64,000 nucleotides of DNA, taken from Eledone cirrhosa (Eukaryota). Below the pieces are notes generated by a model. That model did no database searches. It worked only from the letters and a program-made list of their open reading frames with translations, and had not been told where the DNA came from. The translations under genes and the position numbers were made by a program. This document shows positions 1 through 10,299 of this stretch, piece after piece. How positions within the stretch are numbered: the first letter of the stretch is position 1; the number at the start of each line of letters is the position of its first letter. Location of the stretch: the NCBI GenBank assembly GCA_964016885.1, contig OZ024743.1, forward strand, positions 93,062,001 to 93,126,000, written 5' to 3'.

Positions 1-530
1 CCTTTCTTTCAACCCTACCCTTCGCATACACACCACTGCAAACGTCTTAAAAGCTACCGACTGCAAAATCAGAGTTTCTTGATAATTTCAGATATTTCAA
101 ACTTTTATTCCGTTCGCCTTCCGAAGTAGTGAGCCTGCTATATACTCTAGAAAATATTTATTGAACAGAAATTTGGCTGCTTTTTCTAGCAGGTAAAATT
201 AGCACATTTCTTTAGAGCCGTTCGAATCGAACATTATCCACATCTGTAATTATTAATTCGGAATGGGTATCGTAGCTAGTTATTTGGCCAAGTTATATAA
301 ACAAAAAGACAACATAAGTTTTAAAGACAGCGATATCGACAGCTATGCGACACTCTCGTAGTTAATAACGTGTGTTAATTTAAAAGTTAGATGAGATTTA
401 TGTAAAATTTTATTAAGCAACCTGAATTGCTTGAAAATACTGTGTTATACGGTTGAAAGTAAGAAAAATGTTTAATAGAAAATTAAAATATAAAAATTAT
501 CGTAAAAGAAAGGTGTTTAGTGAGTTGTTT

Positions 531-566
531 TATACAATAAAACTATTAAATTCAGTATAAGCTTTC
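531..566 (+). promoter_or_regulatory. Putative upstream Pol III elements (TATA-like TATACA at -36, TATTAAA at -23; G[C/T] at -12/-11; C at -1); present in every unit
   Basis: Position relative to +1; analogy to upstream elements described for other eukaryotic 5S genes; AT-rich context makes the TATA call weak. Confidence 0.45.
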
Positions 567-685
567 GTTTACGGCCATATCACGCTGACAACACCGGTTC
601 TCGTCCGATCACCGAAGTTAAGCAACGTCGAGCCTAGTTAGTACTTGGATGGGTGACCGCCTGGGAACCCTAGGTGCCGTAAGCG
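567..685 (+). rRNA. 5S rRNA: 5S rRNA copy 1 (array consensus)
   Basis: GTTTACGGCCATATC...CGATCACCGAAGTTAAGC...GTTAGTACTTGGATGGGTGACCGCCTGGGAA...GCCGTAAGCG; 5' GTTTACGGC pairs with 3' GCCGTAAGC (helix I); followed by T-run; exact 3' end +/-2 nt. Confidence 0.98.
616..663 (+). promoter_or_regulatory. Pol III type-1 internal control region (box A 616-630, IE 633-638, box C 646-663); present in every copy
   Basis: AGTTAAGCAACGTCG (+50..64), CCTAGT (+67..72), TGGATGGGTGACCGCCTG (+80..97) match the Xenopus-defined TFIIIA ICR positions. Confidence 0.9.
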
Positions 686-690
686 TTTAA

Positions 691-714
691 TTTTTTTTTT
701 TTTTTTTTTTTTTT
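691..714 (+). terminator. Pol III poly-T terminator (T24 here; T13-T42 across units)
   Basis: T-run starting 6 nt after the mature 3' end in each unit. Confidence 0.92.
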
Positions 715-753
715 CATTAATATCTTTACAGAGCTATTTTTTTTTTTTAGTTC

Positions 754-798
754 GGTGACCGCTTAGGAAACCGAGCTGCTCTATACATTTCCATTTTT
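754..798 (+). pseudogene. Degenerate 3' fragment of 5S (+86 to about +122, plus T-run) in the spacer; present in every unit
   Basis: ggtgaccgcttaggaaaccgagctgctctatacattt vs gene ggtgaccgcctgggaaccctaggtgccgtaagcgttt: 21/26 then 27/37 ungapped identity. Confidence 0.72.
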
Positions 799-821
799 CT
801 TTCTTTTAGTTTCTTTCTTTT
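796..821 (+). repeat. 12-bp direct repeat TTTCTTTCTTTT-AG-TTTCTTTCTTTT (one copy lost in short units)
   Basis: Two copies in long units; one copy in 23 short units from ~26190 onward. Confidence 0.9.
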
Positions 822-1445
822 GCAAGCTTCTCTCGCCAATGTATGTTAGTTTCAAAATAATTAGGCACGCAAACTTTTTCCTTTCTTTCAACCCTACCCT
901 TCGCATACACACCACTGCAAACGTCTTAAAAGCTACCGACTGCAAAATCAGAGTTTCTTGATAATTTCAGATATTTCAAACTTTTATTCCGTTCGCTTTC
1001 CGAAGTAGTGAGCCTGCTATATACTCTAGAAAATATTTATTGAACAGAGATTTGGCTGCTTTTTCTAGCAGGTAAAATTAGCACATTTCTATAGAGCCGT
1101 TCGAATCGAACATTATCCACATCTGTAATTATTAATTCGGAATGGGTATCGTAGCTAGTTATTTGGCCAAGTTATATAAACAAAAAGACAACATAAGTTT
1201 TAAAGACAGCGATATCGACAGCTATGCGACACTCTCGTAGTTAATAACGTGTGTTAATTTAAAAGTTAGATGAGATTTATGTAAAATTTTATTAAGCAAC
1301 CTAAATTGCTTGAAAATACTGTGTTATACGGTTGAAAGTAAGAAAAATGTTTAATAGAAAATTAAAATATAAAAATTATCGTAAAAGAAAGGTGTTTAGT
1401 GAGTTGTTTTATACAATAAAACTATTAAATTCAGCATAAGCTTTC

Positions 1446-1564
1446 GTTTACGGCCATATCACGCTGACAACACCGGTTCTCTTCCGATCACCGAAGTTAA
1501 GTAACGTCGAGCCTAGTTAATACTTGGATGGGTGACCGCCTGGGAACCCTAGGTGCCCTAAGCG
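1446..1564 (+). rRNA. 5S rRNA: 5S rRNA copy 2 (G37T, C57T, G75A, G113C; possibly defective)
   Basis: Array 5S with 4 substitutions. Confidence 0.9.
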
Positions 1565-2317
1565 TTTAATTTTTTTTTTTTTTTTTCATTAATATCTTTA
1601 CAGAGCTATTTATTTTTTTTAGTTCGGTGACCGCTTAGGAAACCGAGCTGCTCTATACATTTCCATTTTTCTTTCTTTTAGTTTCTTTCTTTTGCAAGCT
1701 TCTCTCGCCAATGTATGTTAGTTTCAAAATAATTAGGCACGCAAACTTTTTCCTTTCTTTCAACCCTACCCTTCGCATACACACCACTGCAAACGTCTTA
1801 AAAGCTACCGACTGCAAAATCAGAGTTTCTTGATAATTTCAGATATTTCAAACTTTTATTCCGTTCGCCTTCCGAAGTTGTGAGCCTGCTATATACTCTA
1901 GAAAATATTTATTGAACAGAGATTTGGCTGCTTTTTCTAGCAGGTAAAATTAGCACATTTCTTTAGAGCCGTTCGAATCGAACATTATCCACATCTGTAA
2001 TAATTAATTCGGAATGGGTATCGTAGCTAGTTATTTGGCCAAGTTATATAAACAAAAAGACAACATAAGTTTTAAAGACAGCGATATCGACAGCTATGCG
2101 ACACTCTCGTAGTTAATAACGTGTGTTAATTTAAAAGTTAGATGAGATTTATGTAAAATTTTATTAAGCAACCTAAATTGCTTGAAAATACTGTGTTATA
2201 CGGTTGAAAGTAAGAAAAATGTTTAATAGAAAATTAAAATATAAAAATTATCGTAAAAGAAAGGTGTTTAGTGAGTTGTTTTATACAATAAAACTATTAA
2301 ATTCAGCATAAGCTTTC

Positions 2318-2436
2318 GTTTACGGCCATATCACGCTGACAACACCGGTTCTCGTCCGATCACCGAAGTTAAGCAACGTCGAGCCTAGTTACTACTTGGA
2401 TGGGTGACCGCCTGGGAACCCTAGGTGCCGTAAGCG
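2318..2436 (+). rRNA. 5S rRNA: 5S rRNA copy 3 (G75C)
   Basis: Array 5S, 1 substitution. Confidence 0.95.
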
Positions 2437-3189
2437 TTTAATTTTTTTTTTTTTTTTTCATTAATATCTTTACAGAGCTATTTATTTTTTTTAGTTCGGT
2501 GACCGCTTAGGAAACCGAGCTGCTCTATACATTTCCATTTTTCTTTCTTTTAGTTTCTTTCTTTTGCAAGCTTCTCTCGCCAATGTATGTTAGTTTCAAA
2601 ATAATTAGGCACGCAAACTTTTTCCTTTCTTTCAACCCTACCCTTCGCATACACACCACTGCAAACGTCTTAAAAGCTACCGACTGCAAAATCAGAGTTT
2701 CTTGATAATTTCAGATATTTCAAACTTTTATTCCGTTCGCCTTCCGAAGTAGTGAGCCTGCTATATACTCTAGAAAATATTTATTGAACAGAGATTTGGC
2801 TGCTTTTTCTAGCAGGTAAAATTAGCACATTTCTTTAGAGCCGTTCGAATCGAACATTATCCACATCTGTAATAATTAATTCGGAATGGGTATCGTAGCT
2901 AGTTATTTGGCCAAGTTATATAAACAAAAAGACAACATAAGTTTTAAAGACAGCGATATCGACAGCTATGCGACACTCTCGTAGTTAATAACGTGTGTTA
3001 ATTTAAAAGTTAGATGAGATTTATGTAAAATTTTATTAAGCAACCTAAATTGCTTGAAAATACTGTGTTATACGGTTGAAAGTAAGAAAAATGTTTAATA
3101 GAAAATTAAAATATAAAAATTATCGTAAAAGAAAGGTGTTTAGTGAGTTGTTTTATACAATAAAACTATTAAATTCAGCATAAGCTTTC

Positions 3190-3308
3190 GTTTACGGCCA
3201 TATCACGCTGACAACACCGGTTCTCGTCCGATCACCGAAGTTAAGCAACGTCGAGCCTAGTTAGTACTTGGATAGGTGACCGCCTGGGAACCCTAGGTGC
3301 CGTAAGCG
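3190..3308 (+). rRNA. 5S rRNA: 5S rRNA copy 4 (G85A)
   Basis: Array 5S, 1 substitution in box C. Confidence 0.95.
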
Positions 3309-4060
3309 TTTAATTTTTTTTTTTTTTTTCATTAATATCTTTACAGAGCTATTTATTTTTTTTAGTTCGGTGACCGCTTAGGAAACCGAGCTGCTCTATA
3401 CATTTCCATTTTTCTTTCTTTTAGTTTCTTTCTTTTGCAAGCTTCTCTCGCCAATGTATGTTAGTTTCAAAATAATTAGGCACGCAAACTTTTTCCTTTC
3501 TTTCAACCCTACCCTTCGCATACACACCACTGCAAACGTCTTAAAAGCTACCGACTGCAAAATCAGAGTTTCTTGATAATTTCAGATATTTCAAACTTTT
3601 ATTCCGTTCGCCTTCCGAAGTAGTGAGCCTGCTATATACTCTAGAAAATATTTATTGAACAGAGATTTGGCTGCTTTTTCTAGCAGGTAAAATTAGTACA
3701 TTTCTTTAGAGCCGTTCGAATCGAACATTATCCACATCTGTAATTATTAATTCGGAATGGGTATCGTAGCTAGTTATTTGGCCAAGTTATATAAACAAAA
3801 AGACAACATAAGTTTTAAAGACAGCGATATCGACAGCTATGCGACACTCTCGTAGTTAATAACGTGTGTTAATTTAAAAGTTAGATGAGATTTATGTAAA
3901 ATTTTATTAAGCAACCTAAATTGCTTGAAAATACTGTGTTATACGGTTGAAAGTAAGAAAAATGTTTAATAGAAAATTAGAATATAAAAATTATCGTAAA
4001 AGAAAGGTGTTTAGTGAGTTGTTTTATACAATAAAACTATTAAATTCAGTATAAGCTTTC

Positions 4061-4179
4061 GTTTACGGCCATATCACGCTGACAACACCGGTTCTCGTCC
4101 GATCACCGAAGTTAAGTAACGTCGAGCCTAGTTAGTACTTGGATGGGTGACCGCCTGGGAACCCTAGGTGCCGTAAGCG
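4061..4179 (+). rRNA. 5S rRNA: 5S rRNA copy 5 (C57T)
   Basis: Array 5S, 1 substitution in box A. Confidence 0.95.
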
Positions 4180-4935
4180 TTTAATTTTTTTTTTTTTTTT
4201 TTTTCATTACTATCTTTACAGAGCTATTTATTGTTTTTAGTTCGGTGACCGCTTAGGAAACCGAGCTGCTCTATACATTTCCATTTTTCTTTCTTTTAGT
4301 TTCTTTCTTTTGCAAGCTTCTCTTGCCAATGTATGTTAGTTTCAAAATAATTAGGCACGCAAACTTTTTCCTTTCTTTCAACCCTACCCTTCGCATACAC
4401 ACCACTGCAAACGTCTTAAAAGCTACCGACTGCAAAATCAGAGTTTCTTGATAATTTCAGATATTTCAAACTTTTATTCCGTTCGCCTTCCGAAGTAGTG
4501 AGCCTGCTATATACTCTAGAAAATATTTATTGAACAGAGATTTGGCTGCTTTTTCTAGCAGGTAAAATTAGCACATTTCTTTAGAGCCGTTCGAATCGAA
4601 CATTATCCACATCTGTAATAATTAATTCGGAATGGGTATCGTAGCTAGTTATTTGGCCAAGTTATATAAACAAAAAGACAACATAAGTTTTAAAGACAGC
4701 GATATCGACAGCTATGCGACACTCTCGTAGTTAATAACGTGTGTTAATTTAAAAGTTAGATGAGATTTATGTAAAATTTTATTAAGCAACCTAAATTGCT
4801 TGAAAATACTGTGTTATACGGTTGAAAGTAAGAAAAATGTTTAATAGAAAATTAGAATATAAAAATTATCGTAAAAGAAAGGTGTTTAGTGAGTTGTTTT
4901 ATACAATAAAACTATTAAATTCAGTATAAGCTTTC

Positions 4936-5054
4936 GTTTACGGCCATATCACGCTGACAACACCGGTTCTCGTCCGATCACCGAAGTTAAGCAACGTCGA
5001 GCCTAGTTAGTACTTGGATGGGTGACCGCCTGGGAACCCTAGGTGCCGTAAGCG
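4936..5054 (+). rRNA. 5S rRNA: 5S rRNA copy 6
   Basis: Matches array consensus. Confidence 0.97.
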
Positions 5055-5811
5055 TTTAATTTTTTTTTTTTTTTTTTTTTCATTAATATCTTTACAGAGC
5101 TATTTATTTTTTTTAGTTCGGTGACCGCTTAGGAAACCGACCTGCTCTATACATTTCCATTTTTCTTTCTTTTAGTTTCTTTCTTTTGCAAGCTTCTCTC
5201 GCCAATGTATGTTAGTTTCAAAATAATTAGGCACGCAAACTTTTTCCTTTCTTTCAACCCTACCCTTCGCATACACACCACTGCAAACGTCTTAAAAGCT
5301 ACCGACTGCAAAATCAGAGTTTCTTGATAATTTCAGATATTTCAAACTTTTATTCCGTTCGCCTTCCGAAGTAGTGAGCCTGCTATATACTCTAGAAAAT
5401 ATTTATTGAACAGAGATTTGGCTGCTTTTTCTAGCAGGTAAAATTAGCACATTTCTTTAGAGCCGTTCGAATCGAACATTATCCACATCTGTAATAATTA
5501 ATTCGGAATGGGTATCGTAGCTAGTTATTTGGCCAAGTTATATAAACAAAAAGACAACATAAGTTTTAAAGACAGCGATATCGACAGCTATGCGACACTC
5601 TCGTAGTTAATAACGTGTGTTAATTTAAAAGTTAGATGAGATTTATGTAAAATTTTATTAAGCAACCTAAATTGCTTGAAAATACTGTGTTATACGGTTG
5701 AAAGTAAGAAAAATGTTTAATAGAAAATTAAAATATAAAAATTATCGTAAAAGAAAGGTGTTTAGTGAGTTGTTTTATACAATAAAACTATTAAATTCAG
5801 CATAAGCTTTC

Positions 5812-5930
5812 GTTTACGGCCATATCACGCTGACAACACCGGTTCTCGTCCGATCACCGAAGTTAAGCAACGTCGAGCCTAGTTAGTACTTGGATGGGTG
5901 ACCGCCTGGGAACCCTAGGTGCCGTAAGCG
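5812..5930 (+). rRNA. 5S rRNA: 5S rRNA copy 7
   Basis: Matches array consensus. Confidence 0.97.
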
Positions 5931-6691
5931 TTTAATTTTTTTTTTTTTTTTTTTTTTTTTTATTAATATCTTTACAGAGCTATTTATTGTTTTTAGTTTG
6001 GTGACCGCTTAGGAAACCGAGCTGCTCTATACATTTCCATTTTTCTTTCTTTTAGTTTCTTTCTTTTGCAAGCTTCTCTCGCCAATGTATGTTAGTTTCA
6101 AAATAATTAGGCACGCAAACTTTTTCCTTTCTTTCAACCCTACCCTTCGCATACACACCACTGCAAACGTCTTAAAAGCTACCGACTGCAAAATCAGAGT
6201 TTCTTGATAATTTCAGATATTTCAAACTTTTATTCCGTTCGCCTTCCGAAGTAGTGAGCCTGCTATATACTCTAGAAAATATTTATTGAACAGAGATTTG
6301 GCTGCTTTTTCTAGCAGGTAAAATTAGCACATTTCTTTAGAGCCGTTCGAATCGAACATTATCCACATCTGTAATAATTAATTCGGAATGGGTATCGTAG
6401 CTAGTTATTTGGCCAAGTTATATAAACAAAAAGACAACATAAGTTTTAAAGACAGCGATATCGACAGCTATGCGACACTCTCGTAGTTAATAACGTGTGT
6501 TAATTTAAAAGTTAGATGAGATTTATGTAAAATTTTATTAAGCAACCTAAATTGCTTGAAAATACTGTGTTATACGGTTGAAAGTAAGAAAAATGTTTAA
6601 TAGAAAATTAAAATATAAAAATTATCGTAAAAGAAAGGTGTTTAGTGAGTTGTTTTATACAATAAAACTATTAAATTCAGCATAAGCTTTC

Positions 6692-6810
6692 GTTTACGGC
6701 CATATCACGCTGACAACACCGGTTCTCGTCCGATCACCGAAGTTAAGCAACGTCGAGCCTAGTTAGTACTTGGATGGGTGACCGCCTGGGAACCCTAGGT
6801 GCCGTAAGCG
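6692..6810 (+). rRNA. 5S rRNA: 5S rRNA copy 8
   Basis: Matches array consensus. Confidence 0.97.
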
Positions 6811-7564
6811 TTTAATTTTTTTTTTTTTTTTTTCATTAATATCTTTACAGAGCTATTTATTTTTTTTAGTTCGGTGACCGCTTAGGAAACCGAGCTGCTC
6901 TATACATTTCCATTTTTCTTTCTTTTAGTTTCTTTCTTTTGCAAGCTTCTCTCGCCAATGTATGTTAGTTTCAAAATAATTAGGCACGCAAACTTTTTCC
7001 TTTCTTTCAACCCTACCCTTCGCATACACACCACTGCAAACGTCTTAAAAGCTACCGACTGCAAAATCAGAGTTTCTTGATAATTTCAGATATTTCAAAC
7101 TTTTATTCCGTTCGCCTTCCGAAGTAGTGAGCCTGCTATATACTCTAGAAAATATTTATTGAACAGAGATTTGGCTGCTTTTTCTAGCAGGTAAAATTAG
7201 CACATTTCTTTAAAGCCGTTCGAATCGAACATTATCCACATCTGTAATAATTAATTCGGAATGGGTATCGTAGCTAGTTATTTGGCCAAGTTATATAAAC
7301 AAAAAGACAACATAAGTTTTAAAGACAGCGATATCGACAGCTATGCGACACTCTCGTAGTTAATAACGTGTGTTAATTTAAAAGTTAGATGAGATTTATG
7401 TAAAATTTTATTAAGCAACCTAAATTGCTTGAAAATACTGTGTTATACGGTTGAAAGTAAGAAAAATGTTTAATAGAAAATTAAAATATAAAAATTATCG
7501 TAAAAGAAAGGTGTTTAGTGAGTTGTTTTATACAATAAAACTATTAAATTCAGCATAAGCTTTC

Positions 7565-7683
7565 GTTTACGGCCATATCACGCTGACAACACCGGTTCTC
7601 GTCCGATCACCGAAGTTAAGCAACGTCGAGCCTAGTTAATACTTGGATGGGTGACCGCCTGGGAACCCTAGGTGCCCTAAGCG
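7565..7683 (+). rRNA. 5S rRNA: 5S rRNA copy 9 (G75A, G113C)
   Basis: Array 5S, 2 substitutions; T-run interrupted by AC. Confidence 0.92.
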
Positions 7684-8436
7684 TTTAATTTACTTTTTTT
7701 TTTTTCATTAATATCTTTACAGAGCTATTTATTTTTTTTAGTTCGGTGACCGCTTAGGAAACCGAGCTGCTCTATACATTTCCATTTTTCTTTCTTTTAG
7801 TTTCTTTCTTTTGCAAGCTTCTCTCGCCAATGTATGTTAGTTTCAAAATAATTAGGCACGCAAACTTTTTCCTTTATTTCAACCCTACCCTTCGCATACA
7901 CACCACTGCAAACGTCTTAAAAGCTACCGACTGCAAAATCAGAGTTTCTTGATAATTTCAGATATTTCAAACTTTTATTCCGTTCGCTTTCCGAAGTAGT
8001 GAGCCTGCTATATACTCTAGAAAATATTTATTGAACAGAGATTTGGCTGCTTTTTCTAGCAGGTAAAATTAGCACATTTCTTTAGAGCCGTTCGAATCGA
8101 ACATTATCCACATCTGTAATTATTAATTCGGAATGGGTATCGTAGCTAGTTTTTTGGCCAAGTTATATAAACAAAAAGACAACATAAGTTTTAAAGACAG
8201 CGATATCGACAGCTATGCGACACTCTCGTAGTTAATAACGTGTGTTAATTTAAAAGTTAGATGAGATTTATGTAAAATTTTATTAAGCAACCTAAATTGC
8301 TTGAAAATACTGTGTTATACGGTTGAAAGTAAGAAAAATGTTTAATAGAAAATTAAAATATAAAAATTATCGTAAAAGAAAGGTGTTTAGTGAGTTGTTT
8401 TATACAATAAAACTATTAAATTCAGCATAAGCTTTC

Positions 8437-8555
8437 GTTTACGGCCATATCACGCTGACAACACCGGTTCTCTTCCGATCACCGAAGTTAAGCAACGTCG
8501 AGCCTAGTTAATACTTGGATGGGTGACCGCCTGGGAACCCTAGGTGCCCTAAGCG
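8437..8555 (+). rRNA. 5S rRNA: 5S rRNA copy 10 (G37T, G75A, G113C)
   Basis: Array 5S, 3 substitutions. Confidence 0.9.
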
Positions 8556-9308
8556 TTTAATTTTTTTTTTTTTTTTTCATTAATATCTTTACAGAGCTAT
8601 TTATTTTTTTTAGTTCGGTGACCGCTTAGGAAACCGAGCTGCTCTATACATTTCCATTTTTCTTTCTTTTAGTTTCTTTCTTTTGCAAGCTTCTCTCGCC
8701 AATGTATGTTAGTTTCAAAATAATTAGGCACGCAAACTTTTTCCTTTCTTTCAACCCTACCCTTCGCATACACACCACTGCAAACGTCTTAAAAGCTACC
8801 GACTGCAAAATCAGAGTTTCTTGATAATTTCAGATATTTCAAACTTTTATTCCGTTCGCCTTCCGAAGTAGTGAGCCTGCTATATACTCTAGAAAATATT
8901 TATTGAACAGAGATTTGGCTGCTTTTTCTAGCAGGTAAAATTAGCACATTTCTTTAGAGCCGTTCGAATCGAACATTATCCACATCTGTAATTATTAATT
9001 CGGAATGGGTATCGTAGCTAGTTATTTGGCCAAGTTATATAAACAAAAAGACAACATAAGTTTTAAAGACAGCGATATCGACAGCTATGCGACACTCTCG
9101 TAGTTAATAACGTGTGTTAATTTAAAAGTTAGATGAGATTTATGTAAAATTTTATTAAGCAACCTAAATTGCTTGAAAATACTGTGTTATACGGTTGAAA
9201 GTAAGAAAAATGTTTAATAGAAAATTAAAATATAAAAATTATCGTAAAAGAAAGGTGTTTAGTGAGTTGTTTTATACAATAAAACTATTAAATTCAGCAT
9301 AAGCTTTC

Positions 9309-9427
9309 GTTTACGGCCATATCACGCTGACAACACCGGTTCTCGTCCGATCACCGAAGTTAAGCAACGTCGAGCCTAGTTAATACTTGGATGGGTGACC
9401 GCCTGGGAACACTAGGTGCCCTAAGCG
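9309..9427 (+). rRNA. 5S rRNA: 5S rRNA copy 11 (G75A, C103A, G113C)
   Basis: Array 5S, 3 substitutions; T-run interrupted by AC. Confidence 0.9.
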
Positions 9428-10180
9428 TTTAATTTACTTTTTTTTTTTTCATTAATATCTTTACAGAGCTATTTATTTTTTTTAGTTCGGTGACCGCTTA
9501 GGAAACCGAGCTGCTCTATACATTTCCATTTTTCTTTCTTTTAGTTTCTTTCTTTTGCAAGCTTCTCTCGCCAATGTATGTTAGTTTCAAAATAATTAGG
9601 CACGCAAACTTTTTCCTTTCTTTCAACCCTACCCTTCGCATACACACCACTGCAAACGTCTTAAAAGCTACCGACTGCAAAATCAGAGTTTCTTGATAAT
9701 TTCAGATATTTCAAACTTTTATTCCGTTCGCTTTCCGAAGTAGTGAGCCTGCTATATACTCTAGAAAATATTTATTGAACAGAGATTTGGCTGCTTTTTC
9801 TAGCAGGTAAAATTAGCACATTTCTATAGAGCCGTTCGAATCGAACATTATCCACATCTGTAATTATTAATTCGGAATGGGTATCGTAGCTAGTTATTTG
9901 GCCAAGTTATATAAACAAAAAGACAACATAAGTTTTAAAGACAGCGATATCGACAGCTATGCGACACTCTCGTAGTTAATAACGTGTGTTAATTTAAAAG
10001 TTAGATGAGATTTATGTAAAATTTTATTAAGCAACCTAAATTGCTTGAAAATACTGTGTTATACGGTTGAAAGTAAGAAAAATGTTTAATAGAAAATTAA
10101 AATATAAAAATTATCGTAAAAGAAAGGTGTTTAGTGAGTTGTTTTATACAATAAAACTATTAAATTCAGCATAAGCTTTC

Positions 10181-10299
10181 GTTTACGGCCATATCACGCT
10201 GACAACACCGGTTCTCGTCCGATCACCGAAGTTAAGCAACGTCGAGCCTAGTTAGTACTTGGATAGGTGACCGCCTGGGAACCCTAGGTGCCGTAAGCG
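10181..10299 (+). rRNA. 5S rRNA: 5S rRNA copy 12 (G85A)
   Basis: Array 5S, 1 substitution. Confidence 0.95.

Noticed and set aside
11-22. AACCCTACCCTT resembling telomeric (CCCTAA)n
   Set aside because: Under two imperfect units; chance
188-200. Minus-strand TTACCTG resembling the U1 snRNA 5' end; also GCTTCTCTCGCC (~826-837) resembling the U2 5' end
   Set aside because: Only 7-10 nt similarity, with none of the remaining conserved U1/U2 sequence
186-232. Possible spliced-leader RNA linked to 5S (CAG/GTAAA donor-like site, ATTTCTTTAG Sm-like motif, hairpin)
   Set aside because: SL-5S linkage is known in nematodes and others, but there is no recognisable SL exon, the Sm match is poor, and such short motifs are expected in AT-rich DNA; a 5' leader search in mRNA would settle it
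215-295. Intact tRNA gene around the GTTCGAATC motif
   Set aside because: No T-stem, acceptor stem or anticodon arm can be formed on either strand
326-353. GACAGCGATATC-GACAGCTATGC-GACAC short imperfect tandem repeat, plus palindromes CGATATCG and TTGGCCAA
   Set aside because: Too short and degenerate to assign a function
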